Of a stretch of 64,000 nt of DNA, positions 1-13,692 are shown in pieces. The stretch lies in NCBI GenBank assembly GCA_013239625.1, contig MU054132.1:1180001-1244000 (forward strand), written 5' to 3'. Within the stretch, counting starts at the first letter, position 1. Each line of letters begins with the position of its first letter. The position numbers and the translations under genes are program-made. The DNA comes from Lama guanicoe (lineage: Eukaryota). The notes below the pieces were generated by a model. It saw only the letters and a program-made list of their open reading frames with translations, did not search any database and was not told the origin of the DNA.

Positions 1-1045
1 AGGGAAAATACAAGATGAGACTGGAGCATCTTACAGCACCAGGAAGTAAAAACGTGCTCCAAAAAAAGGGGGACATGTCAAAAGAACACAAATGCCAAAT
101 GGTCAAAGCTGGAAGAATCTGAGCAACAAAACAGAGTACTGGATTACAACCCAAAGAGGGAAAAATATTCAGGAATCGATACTGATATAAATTATTTAAT
201 TAAAAAAATTGGGGGGAAGAATTCCAAATAATAAACGTAGAAGGAATGAGGGAAACAGAAAATCACCACTAGACTAACACAATAATAATTGCTGCTGCAG
301 GCAAGTTTCACTGACCAATGCTAAAATTAGTGGATGAAACTTTAAGGAAAAATCACCTTTGTACAGCCTTGCAGAATCTCCCCCAAAATATTTACTGATT
401 TCTGTGGGTGGTTTAAACATATGATGACAATTCTCTGATACTCATCCCTTCAGGAGGTGGAGCTTAATTCCCTTGCCCTGAAGCGTGGGCTTGATTTGGT
501 GACTCAAACAAATGAAGTAAGGAAAAGCAAAAAGAGTCAGACACCACTTTAAATCAAGTTACCAAAGTTAACATCAGTAATAAGCTTACTGGTGGTATCA
601 GGTATAACCTGATAGGAGATATCTCTAGGGTATTCATCCCTAAAATGCCTAACCTGAGACTAATCATGAGAAACAGCAGATAAACCTACATTCAGGAACA
701 CTCTACAAATGGCCACTACTCCTCAAAGAGATCAAGTGGCAAAGGAAAGAAGAAACCAAGAAACTGTCACAGATGGGAGGAAACTAAGGAAACAAAACAT
801 CTAAATGCAATGTGGTATCCTGGATTGAATCCTGTAACAGAAAAAAAGTGTAGAAAAACTAGGGAAATCAGAGCAACGTCTGTAATTTAGCAACATTAAA
901 CTACTGTTGATTGCTTAATTTTAATAACTATCACAGTTATATAAGATGTAAACTTTAAGGGGAGCTGGATGAAGGATACATAGAAATTGTGTACTATCTT
1001 TACAACTCTTCTGTAATCTAAAGTTATTTCAAAATAATTTTTAAC
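1..1045 (+). mobile_element. Old L1 (L1MC/MD-like) 3' fragment
   Basis: Typical 3'UTR motifs such as gtggtatcctggattgaatcctg and ctatctttacaactcttctgtaatctaaag. Confidence 0.7.
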
Positions 1046-3199
1046 TGCATTTTCCTTGTTAAGTCAGAAAGAGGAATGATTATAAATAAATTTTAAAAGA
1101 TAAATACAAACCAATAAAATTGGCTTTATGGTGAGAAGTTTAACTTTTTAACCTATAAAGAATCACAAAAGTAAACTCAGTTGACTTTCAAGATTAAAAT
1201 TTTAATGACAAACAAAAATTGTTCCCCTAAGGTCTGCACTGAGAGATTAGCCTAGTTAGTATGCTCTAAGAGATAGTGAGAACAAATCCCTCACATGTAT
1301 CAGTTTGCTTTATCGCCTTTCTTGACCCTAACTGTCCTAAACACACTCACTCCAAGCAATAGGCCACAGTAACCTGGTTGTAAAAGTGCCATTTAGAAGG
1401 ACAAAATGAAAACAGTGATATTTACTCAGTTTATTTTTCCAACTGACCAAATCAAATGAACCACTAAGATGACTTCCATTGGGTCAAAATGTTCCTCTCA
1501 GATTTTCTTGCCTTTTAAGGAAAAATAAAACTGACATATCAACTACCCATGTTTAGTATTTAAGGAATAGGAGGAGAAAGACAATAGCAAAAATTTGAAA
1601 TGTCAACAGCAAAAGTTACAGTCAAAGGATGGACCATCAAATTCAGAAACAAGATCGGAAAAAACAAAAAGACACTGAGGTCCCTAAGAACCACTTCTCT
1701 TAAACTAAGCCACCTATCTTGATGTAGCTCAGAGATTCAGTCCACACAGCCTACCCGACAGCCCACCTCAAGGGAACACTCACTCCCATCCCCACCCCAC
1801 AACCAAAATATAAAGCACAAGCAAGTATCCTTCCCTGTTCTCAAGCCATTTAGAAAAAGTTTGATCTTGTCCTTCTCTACCCTGCAAGCTAATTAATAAA
1901 AGTTTTCATACCCTCAAAAAAACAAAAATAAAGCCAACCCACCTAGAAAATCCAGGTGCTTCCTTCACTGTCAGCAAACAATGGAAAATTACTTTTTAAT
2001 ATGTAATGTAAACTTATTTGTAAATTTGGGAATTTTAACTCAAATAAATATATGCTGGGATGACAAATATATGAAGAGATCACTTAAAAATACAACTGAG
2101 ACAGTGGGAAAATGTGTTAAGAATCGCCTCAGCACCGTGAAATATTAGTATGTGTTTGTACCATGAGGAAAGGGCTACTCACTAGGCTTCTATAACTTGA
2201 CTAGAACACCCACTAAGCACATCCAGTGCCTGTAGTTCCAATTCTGTACTCAACTGCCTTCTTATTTAAAATCAACTGCCTTCTTATTACTGATCTGGCT
2301 GCCCAGAAACAAAGGAGGTATCCCAGCCAGTGGATAATTAATTCCAATTGTGCATATGGCACTGAATACTTTTAACATAAATAAATTGATATGCGGCTTA
2401 TCAGTCTCTAGTGAGTTTACTCTGCATGAATAAATTCTCAAGTGCTTGAATCACCTCTGTGTGAACCAAAATTTTCCAGTTTCTGAACTACTGGGTAGGA
2501 GTCAGAGGGACCTTGGTGTGGATTTGTGGATCTATGTGACCTTTTATTCCTGTCAACTTTCTCATCTGTAAATAAATACCTACAACTAATGCTCGGAAGA
2601 TGGCAAGTGCTCAAAAAGGTATAGCTTTATTATTTTTAAGCCAAATCTGAAAGAATATGTATAACTGAGGCTTTGGAAATCATCGGTAGGGACCGTCAAA
2701 CGACATCAATTTAGAAGTCACCCTCTGAAGAGAGATATCCCATGCTAGAGAGTTGAGAAGCGCAAAGTTAAAACGTTACAAGTTAAGTACCACTGCCCTG
2801 TACAAATGGAGTGTCTTGCTTAGCAACTCTAATGTTGTCTACCAAACACCCAGCCTGTAATAGTTAGAGCATGACAACTGTTCACTCTAAATCCATGTGC
2901 TCAGCTTGGATTCAGAACTGATTTATAAAAATAGCTGCTGCTGCTGCTCTTTGAATCTCTTTGAGCTGATGACTGAGCAGTGTTACCCTATAGGCCGAGA
3001 GCAGCTGTATTCCCTCACCACACCCATTTCTCTGTCTGCCCAGCCGAGCTGACGGCACCCCCCGCCCCCATCTCTGCAGCATAGTATTCTCCCTCTTCCT
3101 GGGCTGAGTGAGCAAATTACAAGCACAAATATCCCCTGATGCAATGCCACAACCATCCCTGGGAAAGAGCAGGGGCAGTTGCCAAAAGAGCAGCAGCAG

Positions 3200-3316
3200 G
3201 GAAATGGGCGGGAGACAGACAGACACACACACACACACAGCAAGGAAATGGGCGGGAGACAGACAGACACACGCACACGCACACGCACGCACACACACAC
3301 ACACACACACGCACGT
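3200..3316. repeat. 44-bp-period duplication with (CA)n/(CACACG)n microsatellite
   Basis: ggaaatgggcgggagacagacagacacac starts at both 3200 and 3244. Confidence 0.9.
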
Positions 3317-3899
3317 ACAGCAAAAAGCACTGCAGTGCTATGGAGTCAGGGAGAGGGAATCGAGAGGCCCGGGGGAGCAATACTGTAACTGGACCGAGGA
3401 GGGAAAGAAGAAAAGGGAGTTTCCAGGAGAAAGCTTGGTAACACTAAGCTTCCTGAGAAGCACGTTTTACCGTGGGTCTGGGTCCTAAAACATAAATCTA
3501 AGCGTATTCACTGCCTCCTCCCCAAAGCAGCAAATGCATTTAATTTATACGTTCCTGGAAGCAGAATCCTAACATTCCCCTCCACGGGTAATTTCACCAA
3601 ATCAGAGCTCAGGCAACACGCCAGCGGAGAACCTAGTCCATGTGCTAAGTCACAATCCTCTGTTCTGGGTAACGTTTCCAACTGGCCCTCCGGGCCCCTG
3701 TCCTATCCTCGCACCCCTACCCTTGCTGCGACCCCTGCGCACTCCCACAGCCAGACACACGCTTAGTCCCCAAACAGCGCCAGGGCCGACGCTGGCAGGA
3801 AGAGCCCCGCCTGGGGCCCGGTTCTCCCGACCACCCTCAACCCCTCCCGCAACCCCTGACCGGGAACATTCTCTAAGGCTCGCCTCAGCCCCACCTCAA

Positions 3900-4990
3900 C
3901 TGACCCCCAAAAGCCTCCGGGATGACCTCTGGAAGTTCCCTTAAGCCCCCGAGCCCCACCCAGGCCCCAGGCTACAGCCGACCCTCGCTCGCCCGGCTCA
4001 GCCCCATCCCGCGCCCAAGGCATGCTGCTCGGCCCCACAGCTCCAGACCCCCGCTGCCGGACCTATCAGCCCGCCCCGCCTCGCAGGCCCCCGGATCGCG
4101 CCTCGAACATTCCGAAGATCACACCCGCAGGCCCCCCGCCCGGCCACCCCCGCGCCCCACAGGCTGGAGGCCACCGCCCTTCCCCGCCTCAGAAGGGTCT
4201 GGCGGGGTCCTGTGCGGCCGCGGGGCGAGGCTCAGGCAGCCTGAGGTACAGCGGGGAGGTAGCCCCTACGGTCTGGCCAAGCCTGCCACAGCACCTACCC
4301 GCCGCCGCCGCGCCGGAGCCGGAGCCGGAGCCGGAGGGAGCCGGGAGAGGGCCGGGAGGAGCAGGGAGGAGCCGCGAGCCAGCAAACGAGCCCGAGGGGC
4401 GGGACACAGGGAGGCGGCCGCTTCCTCGTCGCCCTCTTGAGGGCCGGCGCGGGGGCGGGGCGCCGCCACCGCCTATCCTGCGGGCGCCGCGGCTCAGGCC
4501 AATAAGGGCGGTGGCGGGGCGGGCGAAGGGACACAGCGGACCAATGGGCAGCGGCCCCACCGCTCGGACCTCGGCGTGGTAGCCGCTGTGGGGAGGGCCG
4601 TTGAGGGCGAGGTACGTGTTGGGTATTCAAACGCCAGCCTGTCTCCTGCCCGCTGAGGCCAGAGCGGCCGTAGGGCAGACTGACCTCTCCTGCTGTTCTG
4701 TGGGTCGTCGCTTCCTTTTAGAACTTGGGTACCTTGAGCGGGCAGTATGCGAGTGGCCGGACACACGCAGCCAGGCCCAGGTCTCCACGCCGGCCGGGCC
4801 GTGGGCTCTATGACGTAACCTGGGAGGGGCGTGGGGCGGGGCGCGGACCAGCTGGTCTGGGAAGGAACCGTAGGGGGACCAGGGCGCGGCTAGCGGGGGC
4901 CTCTCCAGGGCTGCGCCGCTGCCGGCCACAAGTGACGTGGCTGGTCCAAGTTGAGATGTGCGTAAGTGTAGAATATACACCGAATTCGGA
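3900..4990 (-). promoter_or_regulatory. MAP4: CpG-island promoter, probably of MAP4
   Basis: CpG-dense; GC box 4452-4460; CCAAT 4499-4503 and 4541-4545; CRE-like TGACGT at 4811 and 4933; MAP4 lies 3' of CDC25A on the same strand in mammals (recalled synteny). Confidence 0.75.
4299..4430 (-). other. MAP4: Probable non-coding first exon of MAP4 (TSS approximate); 1-4298 would be intron 1
   Basis: Donor GCGG|GTAGGT at 4298; (CTCCGG)n 5'UTR motif; no ATG; no MAP4 coding exon is in the window. Confidence 0.6.
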
Positions 4991-5599
4991 GACTTCACAC
5001 AAAAATTATACAAAATAGCTCATTCATAATTTTATATCGATTACAGTTTAGGCCATTACAAAATTGGTTGCAGTTTTGGATATCTTTGGTTAAATAGAAT
5101 ATATTTAAAACAATTTCGTGTTTCTTTTTTACTACTTTTTAAAATGTGGCCACTAGAAAAACTAGAATTACTGTTTGGTTCACATTGTCTTTCTGCTGAA
5201 TGCTCATTGTGTTCCAGGCACTCGTGTGACACCTTATAACTCATTTAAACATCACAACAATCCTATATGGTTGATAACGCATCTCATTTTACAGATGAGA
5301 AAACAAATTAAGAAATTTAGTAACTTACCTAATGTCAGCAAGCCAGTAATAGGTAGAGTGAGGTTTAATTCAGGCAGCTAAGCACTAGGGCCATATATCC
5401 ACCCCCTAGAGCAGGCTGGTTACCAGAGAGAACACTGGACTTGGTTGAAACCCAGGCTCTGAGGTCCAGCTCTGCTACTTTCTGGCTGTGCAGCATTAGG
5501 GAAGCCTTAGGAAAGTTAAGCTGCAGTTGCCTTATTTATAAAAATAAGATAATATACCACCATACTCTCTCATATTTACTATTAGGGTGACCTAAAGGT

Positions 5600-5850
5600 A
5601 GCATACTAAGGTAGTTAAACTTGGACCCTGGACCCAGACTCCCCATGTGCAAATCTGAGCACTGCTACTTAACAGGTTATGTGAGCTTGTAGAAGATATT
5701 TAATCTCTCTGTACCTCAGTTTCTTCAACTGTAAAATGGATAATAATTATCCCTACCTAATTAGGGTTGCTATGTGGATCAGATGTGTTAATATATGTAA
5801 AGTGCTTAGATTGGTGCTTAATACTTAACAAGCATGTACAAAGTTTACTA
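5600..5850. mobile_element. MIR (one of many MIR/L2 relics in the window)
   Basis: ctctgtacctcagtttcttcaactgtaaaatgg MIR core; gtaaagtgcttaga. Confidence 0.75.
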
Positions 5851-5924
5851 ATAACATAATGACTATAAAGGAGTGTTAAGAGTCTAAACAAATATGAAGA
5901 GATTAAGAGTAAAAGGACAAGTGG

Positions 5925-6661
5925 AGGTATTTACTCAAAGAAAACAAAAACACTAAGTTAAAAAGATATATGCACCCCTATGTTCATTGCAACATTACTT
6001 ACAATAGCCAAGATACAGAAGCAACCTAAATGCCTATCAATAGATAAATGGATAAAGAAGATGTATTCACACACACAATGGCATATTCAGCCATAAAAAA
6101 GAATGAAATCTTGCCATCTGCAACAACATGGATGACTTGGAGGGTATTAAGCTAAGTAAAATCAGACAGAAAGACAAATACCATAGGATTTCACTTATAT
6201 GTTGAATCTAAAACACAAAACAAATGAACAAACAAAACAGATTCATAGATACAGAGAACAAACTGGTGGTTGCCAGAGAGGAGGGTCTAGATAGTTGAAG
6301 AGAATTAGAAGGTACAAACTTCCAGTTATAAATAAGTCATGGGGCTATAATATACAGTATAAGGATTATAGTCAATAATACTGTAGGGGGAAGGTATAGC
6401 TCAGTTGTCGAGTGTGTGCCTAGCATGCACAAGATCCTGGTTTCAGTCCTAAGTGCCTCCATTAAAACAAGTAAGTAAATAAACCTAATTACCCCTTCCC
6501 CCAAAATTTTGTTTTAAATAATACTGTAATAATTGTGTATGGTGACAGATGGTTACTAGACTTATTGTGGTGATCATTTTGTAATGTATTAAATGTTGAA
6601 TCATTAACCTGAAACTAACAATATTGTATGTCAACTATACTTAAATAAAAAATAATTAATT
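5925..6661 (+). mobile_element. 5'-truncated L1 with a nested SINE
   Basis: ORF2 C-terminal and 3'UTR motifs, AATAAA tail; degenerate TSD taaaaggacaagtgg (5910-5924) / taaaaggataaatgg (6662-6676). Confidence 0.85.
6386..6516 (+). mobile_element. tRNA-derived SINE (camelid Vic-1-like)
   Basis: A-box tagctcagttg, degenerate B-box, AT-rich tail; perfect TSD aataatactgta at 6374-6385 and 6517-6528. Confidence 0.85.
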
Positions 6662-8999
6662 TAAAAGGATAAATGGGAAAGGTAGAGAACTATGAACTTA
6701 GAGCCCTGGAAAGGACTTTAGGCCAATTACAGAGAACTGAAAAGACTGATCTAGGTCACATTCCAATTAACAAGCCAGGTGTCTTGGGCCCAGACCCAGA
6801 GCTTTCCCCTTCTCTCACGTTTACCCAGACTCCAATATAGGGGAACTACCACTGCAAGCCTGAATTCACTCACCCAACAGATGCTGATTGTGTACCTGCA
6901 CGTCAGGAAAGGGGCATATGTACAAAGATTAATAAAACAGGATTCCTGTCCTGATGAAATGAGCACAACTTAACACCAAAGCCCACAGGCTTTGCCTAAG
7001 TATGAAATTTCTACTGTAGGAAAACATATAGGTAGGAGCTAACAAGTTACTTTGTTCCTTTTTCCTGCTGCTTGCAGTACCCAGCCTCTAGGCCTGTCGC
7101 AGGCTTCATGAGTAGAATTGGCTTTGAGCTCCTTAGAAGTCAAGTGGCTAGGAAAATTCAAAACTGTTAGATTCCTTCGCTTCTTTACGATAATAGAGTC
7201 ACCGTGATATGTGTATCCCAAGCTAGACACCCAGGAGTCATCGCAGTTATTCCCTTCTTTCACCCCACTCAGGTCTACCAGATGCTCCTTCTGTCTCAGC
7301 AACATCTCCATCAACAAAGATGCTGTTCCCTGTTCTCTTTCCTGGATACTGCCACAGCTACTTCCAAGCCCTCCCTCTATCCTTGCCTCAGTCCAAGCTT
7401 GACAGCCTTCTGCACCACCCCCTCCGATTCACACACACCCTCCTGCACCCCTTAGATCCTCTCTATTAACAGCACTCACCACATATGTGGTAATTGTTCC
7501 TGTAAACATAGATATGCCCTAAAAGATTGTTTCTCTCTCGAGGCACAGGTTCTGCTTCCCCACCTCCAATGGGAAAGAATGTTCCCTCCAGTTCCAGGGC
7601 ATCCAGGATAAAATGCAGGAGATCCCCAGCACCTCTGTGTTAGAAGGAATCTTAGCAAACATCCAGTCCTATGTCCAAGGATATAGTCTTGAGGCTCTAC
7701 AAGTTCACAATAAGACATTTTAGGGTTATCCAATATACTTAGTATTCATGAAAAACACGCTTTATATTTATTCATCCAAATTTTGATCAAAATATTGGCC
7801 AGGACACAAACATGGGCAGAGCCCAATGGCTTACCACAGAGATGTCCCTCCAGTTTTAATCTAAACTACTTCAGTGGCTTTCCATTGCATTACAGTCCTG
7901 GAAATGGCTTCCAAGACCCTGTTTGATGATGCTTCTGTCTCCCTTCATCATCTGCCTTATTTCTCACTGTGCCCAGTATCATCTACCTTCTTTGTTTCCT
8001 GAACTCCTCCTCTCAGAAACTTCCTCAGGCTGTTTTCTCTGCCTGTCCTAATCTGTAGGTAATATGATTTTCTGCATAGAACATTTGGGAAGATCTACAT
8101 ACTGTTAGAATTAATAGAGAATTCAGCAAGATTACTGGATACAAAGTTAACATACAAAAAGGAACACCATTCCTAAATACCATTGATCATCAGGTATAAA
8201 AGGTGATAGAAAAAAATCTGTCACTACAGTGAAACAATAACATTAATATGGTACCTAGGAATAAACCTAACAACAGGGTTATAAGACTTCTATGGAAAAA
8301 CATTAAAGAACTTTACAACTTTTAGAAGAAAATATGGAAAGATATCTTGATGTTCCCAAGAAGGAATCTCTGGCTGAGATTTCTTGGTAGGAACACTTGT
8401 CAGATAAACACACAATTTTCACATACCAGTTTTAATCATAATCTATAATGTTTGTATTAGCATTCTATGGGGAGAGGGAAATACAATTTTATGGATTAGA
8501 ATTTGAATAGGATAGGGTCATAGAATTTAAAAGCCAGAAGGTCTTTAGGGTCATTTTGCCCAAATATTTTTCAGGTGAGGTAATTGAGATATGAAAGATC
8601 CACAAAAGAGTGGCAGAATCCAGACCTGAAACCATTTTCTGACTCTCAGGCAGGTGCTCGATGCCCCTACCCTTTCTTTCTTCTTTAAAATGGTGTAGCA
8701 TAAGGACTTGGCAAACATTATGGACTAACAACTCAAAAGCCCCCTGCTACCTCTGACTTTAATTGATGGACACTTAAAACACTCACCTATCCAGACTCTT
8801 TGCACTTGGGATGACTATGTGCCTCAGTATTGCATGTAATATATAACATATCATGTATATGTACATATACCTAACACATTAATGTATTATATATAATATA
8901 TTAATGTATAGCATGACATTATGATGTAAGATTACATTTTATATATATTACATATGTAATATGGAGCTTTTCAGGTAAACCTTTATAAAAAGACAAACT

Positions 9000-9298
9000 C
9001 AGCTGCATTTCTTCCACCTGCGCAGAATATGGACAAAATGCCTAGGGGTGAAGCAGCCATCTTAATACAATAAGGACAAAAAGCCATGAGCTGAAGTTGA
9101 GGAGTAGGAAGACAGGAGGAAACGAGGTCCTTAACACCCTCCAGAAGCTACACTCCTCTTTGACCGCCCACCTCGGGCTTCCTGTAAAGTGAGAAAAGTA
9201 AGCACTGTCTCTTAAAGCCATCATCAGTCAATAAATCTCCATTTGGTGTAAGCCACCATTATTCTCTGCTGTTTGCAGCGAAATGCAAACCCAAATGG
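9000..9298 (+). mobile_element. MLT1 (MaLR) LTR fragment
   Basis: gcagccatctt...taagccac...tttgcagc MaLR-type motifs. Confidence 0.55.
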
Positions 9299-9687
9299 TA
9301 GGTGCAGTAAAAGCCCTGGATGACAAACTGAGAAACCCCATTACAGTCCCAGCTCTGCCAGGAACAAGCTGTGTAGCCTTGGGCAAGCCACTTCTCCAGC
9401 AGGGGAAGTAAAACAAGATGGTCTCTTCACCTCTCGCTCTCTATGCTCTCACTAATTTGCATGCTGCGTAATGTGCAAGGTGGGGCTTACTCTCCCTTGA
9501 AATAAGACTGCTTCTTTCAAGGTACACTAAGTATTTCCTTGTTCCTGTGACCTCTAGGGTAATTCCTAGGACCTGTCCCTTTTGAGTGCATGTGATGAAA
9601 CACAGACCTTTGGTGTATTTCCTAAACACCAAGTTCCCCTAGGTTAAGTCCTTGCTCTCTCTTCCTTTGGTGAGTTTCATTCACCTA

Positions 9688-9703
9688 CCCCTAGAGGGAG
9701 CAC
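9688..9703 (+). promoter_or_regulatory. CTCF-like motif
   Basis: CCCCTAGAGGGAGCAC resembles the CTCF core. Confidence 0.4.
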
Positions 9704-11070
9704 AAAGTGGGGTCTACTCTAAAACTAACAAAACACTGTGCCCACCTCTGCCCTAAACTTGCTGTGTAATTTCTCCTCTTGGGGCCTCAAATCCGTTGTT
9801 TGTGAAATGAGAAGGTTGTAGAACCTCAAAAGGCATTCTAAGACTACATTACACCTTCTGAAACTCACCTCACTTTGGGACGGTGCTTCCCCAGTTGCTA
9901 AGTGATTTGCTCTCTGGTACTGCAGTTAAGCTTTCTGTAATTCTAAGATAGGCAGAGCTGGTATTATCATCTCTATTTTGAAGTTGAGGAAACAGATTCT
10001 GGGTGTGGAGTGATATCCCCACCATCACACAATTAGTTAAGTGGTAGATCTGGAACTACAAAACTTATCCTTTGATTCCTGGCTCAGTGCTCTTGCCACT
10101 ACATCTTGATTTTTTTTTTCTTTCTTTCTCCTCTTTCCCTTTTCTCTCCAGGATTGACTTCCTGACTGCAAGTCAAAACTGCTCTCAGCTGTGACTTCAT
10201 TCCTGTGACTGCTCACAGTAATACCCTCAGTTCCAGGCACTTGGCAGGCTCAGCAGACACCTGGCTTTCTCCCAATTCTTCTTCCATCCTCTGTTCTAAT
10301 CCCTCATGCCCAATAAAACCTCCTAGTTTCTTCTCAACTCTGATTGCAAGCATCACACCCCATCTAGAGTTCCACTGGGTATATCACCATGTTGAACCAA
10401 AGTCCAGCCCTTTGTCTCAAGGTACTTGAGACAACGCTCATCTTGGTTCATTCCATCCAACCTCTTGTTCACCATCTGAAGTCCCTAAAGAGATAAGACA
10501 TGGTCAGAGAAGATGTGAACTGTAAGGCTCTTTGAGATCTTCCAGTTCAAAGGCCAAGCAGAAATTGTAAATGAGGAAGCTGATTAGTTATAATCTAAGA
10601 GTGGGGTGCAGACTGTGAGGAGCGGGGGGCACATGCCCCAACTCTGGCCAGTGGCTGCCAATTGCTGGAAATGGTGGCCCAATGTGTTTAGAGACGATGG
10701 AGTCAAATTTTTACATAGATATCCTCATTGTTGAGTGTCAACAACTAATTAAATCTTTAAAAAAATACTGTGTCAGTCAAACCCATCTGTGGACAAGTGG
10801 CTCCTGGGTTGCCAATCTACAACCTCTGCTCTGGTCCTAACCCTTCACTCCACAGGTAAGAGGCCTATGTCATTGGAGAGAGGGAGGCAGGACCCAGACC
10901 TCAGACCTTCTATTCAGAGCTCACCATTGGTCACTCAGAAGCTGGAAAGCAACTCTGGCCAATTCAACAAGCCTCTAGTGAGAGACTGCCCTAGGAAAGA
11001 TGTTCTGAGAGGAGACAGAGAGGAAGGGATTCTTTCAAAAGATGCCTGCCTTAGCTCCTTGGCACTTCTT

Positions 11071-11223
11071 TTTTTTTTGAGATTTATTTATTTATTTTAA
11101 TTTGGGGGGGGAGGTAATCAGGTTTACTTATTTGTTAATTTTTAGAGGAGTTACTGGGAATTGAACCCAGTGCCTTGTGTATGCTAAGCATGCACTTCTA
11201 CCACTCGAGCTATATCCTCCCCC
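11071..11223 (-). mobile_element. tRNA-derived SINE (Vic-1-like)
   Basis: Pol III boxes on the minus strand; TSD ttggcacttctt / ttagcacttctt. Confidence 0.85.
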
Positions 11224-11440
11224 TTAGCACTTCTTCACTAAGCTTGGGACCAAACATTTGGCAGGTTGGGACAAACTAACATTTAAGAAAAGCTGCCCAT
11301 GTTCATGGAATTCCTGCGGGCACAGTCCACAATGACTGAACTAGAATTCCAGGGAGTTTGCAGGGGAGCATTTTCTAATCTTTTTATTTGGAAATAATTT
11401 CAAATGTATTGAAAAGTGGCAAGGATAAAATAGTGCATAG

Positions 11441-11824
11441 TCTAAGTTAAGTAAGCCAGAAAGAGAAAGAAAAATACCATGTGATATCACTCATATGTGG
11501 AATCTAAAAAAGAATACACTATAGAACTTATCTACAAAACAGAAATAGACCCACAGACATAGCAGAACTTATGGTTACTAGAGGGGTGGTAGGGAGATGG
11601 GTGGGAAGAGACAAATTGGGAGTTCAAGATTTGCAGATATTACTATGTATAAAATAGATAAACAACACGTTTCTTCTGTATAGCACAGGGAACTATATTC
11701 AATATCTCATAGTAATCTATAATGAAAAATATGAAAATGAATATATGTATGTACATGTATGACCGAGAATAACTGTATACCAGAAACTAACACAACATTG
11801 TAAACTGATTATACTTCAATAAAA
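11441..11824 (+). mobile_element. Young 5'-truncated L1 (artiodactyl-type 3'UTR) inserted in an older L1
   Basis: ctgtatagcacagggaactatattcaata motif; A tail; perfect 14-bp TSD aaaatagtgcatag at 11427-11440 and 11825-11838. Confidence 0.88.
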
Positions 11825-11838
11825 AAAATAGTGCATAG

Positions 11839-12750
11839 CACTTTCCTATACCCTTTATCAAAAATTTACCTCTTTTTCATTTTTTTTCCCACTTGCCTGA
11901 TTATGTGCTGCACGCACACGCACACACACACCCCCACACAATTTTTTGGAGCCATTTGAGTGTAGCTTGCATACATTATGGCTTTTTAGCCCTAAATAGT
12001 TCAGCATGTGTTCCTAATAATAAGGATATTTCTTACAGCCACAACACAGATTTCAACCTCAGTAAATTTAAGTTCGCTCAAGAGTTCTGCCTAATCTACC
12101 ATTCATATTCCAATTTTGTCTATTTTCCTGGTAATGTCCCTTAGAGTATATTTTTTCCTTCCCCAGAACAGGATCCAGTCCAGGACCAAATGTCACATTT
12201 AATTGTCACGTCTCTTTAGTTTCCAATAATGTGAAATATTTCCACAGCCTTTGCGTATGTGTATGTGTATGTGTATGTGTGTGTTTTACGAATTTAATAT
12301 TTTTGAAGAATATAGCTCCCCCTTTTTTATTAGAATGTCTCTCATTTGGAGTATCTGCTGTTTTCTCATGGTTAGACTCAGCTTGTACATCCCAGTCAGG
12401 ACACTGCATAAGCGATGGCATGTCCTTCTCAGGACACCAAACCAGGAGGCATGCCGCGTCCATCTGTCCTTCACTGGTGATGTTAATTTGATCATTGAGA
12501 CAAGGTGTGTTCCGATTTCTCCAATGTATCATTACTATTTTTGCCCCTGCAACTAATATGCAATCTGTGAAGAGACACTTTAAGACTTGCTCGGATCCTG
12601 CTTCTCATCAAAATTATTCCCCAGATTCACCATCCACTGATGAATCTTGCCTAAACCAACCTTTCTTACAATGACTGCTCAGTGGTGTATTTTCCATTCC
12701 ATCTCTCCCTCCACAGGCACCTGGTGACACTCAGCATTTTGCTGTGAACT
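11839..12750 (-). mobile_element. Old L1M fragment with a (GTATGT)n microsatellite near 12255-12283
   Basis: Degenerate L1 3'UTR motifs on the minus strand. Confidence 0.55.
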
Positions 12751-13307
12751 ATATCCCTCCCTTTGGAGGGGTGCAGTTTTGATTGCTATCAAGGAAAGTC
12801 AGATCTGGACTTTCACGGGAAAACAGTCACTCATGTCTAATGGCAAGAGAGGGAAAGGATATAGCCTACCTTGCCTAGCCCTTGAAAGCAGATAAAGGGT
12901 GAGCTGGGACAGTCACTCCCAGGGTTCCAGCTAAAGGAACTGAGACGCTCAGAGAAGTAAAGTGGCACAGAGGAATATGCAGGGGCTTCTCACAGTGTCA
13001 GTTCCAAATGCTACCCCTTCTTCTCACCTGCTTTGTGACCTCCGCAGCTCACCTAACTTCTCTCAGCCTCTGTTTCCTAACTTGTAATAAAGGATCATTC
13101 TTACTTTAGAGGCTAATTGGGACGATTAAGGAAACAATGCTCATTTTACTGGGCCCATAGTGTGCCAAAGGAGAGGTGCATATTACATAGAATATGGGAA
13201 AATTAAGTGGTTTCTTTTCAACAAATGTCTGCTGAGAACTGACCATGTACCAAAGCACTGTGCTTGGACCTAAAGACTAAATAAATCAGCCCTCAAAAAG
13301 CTCACAA

Positions 13308-13415
13308 GCCAGGGTGAAAGGGGCTAGGGAGAGTGCTTACAGCTCAGTGGTAGAGTGTGTGCTTAGCATACACAAGATCCTGGGTTCAATTCTCAGTACC
13401 TCCATTACAAAAAAA
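13308..13415 (+). mobile_element. tRNA-derived SINE
   Basis: agctcagtggtagag...gggttcaattc, A tail; TSD aaaaagctcacaa / aaaaagctcgcaa. Confidence 0.8.
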
Positions 13416-13692
13416 AAAAAAGCTCGCAATTCAGAGAAAGAAAGACAAACTTAATTCCACTCCTAGTTTTTAACCGTCCAAGTTAAAACATACACCCACA
13501 CAAAGATTTGTTCAAGAATGTTCATGGCAGCTGTATTCTAAATAGCCCCAAACTGGAAATAGCTCAGGCATTCATCAAAAGATGGAGATAAACAGAAAGT
13601 ATAGTATATCCAAACAATGGAATACTACTCAGCAATAAAGAGGAATAACATGTCTGAATCTGAGAAACATGCTGAGTGAAAGAAGCCAAACA

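Noticed and set aside
2912..3488. Overlapping ORFs with CV/HT repeats
   Set aside because: They are translations of the (CA)n microsatellite
3922..5018. Several 100-190 aa Pro/Arg/Gly-rich ORFs
   Set aside because: Stop-poor CpG-island sequence open in many frames on both strands, with no recognisable domain
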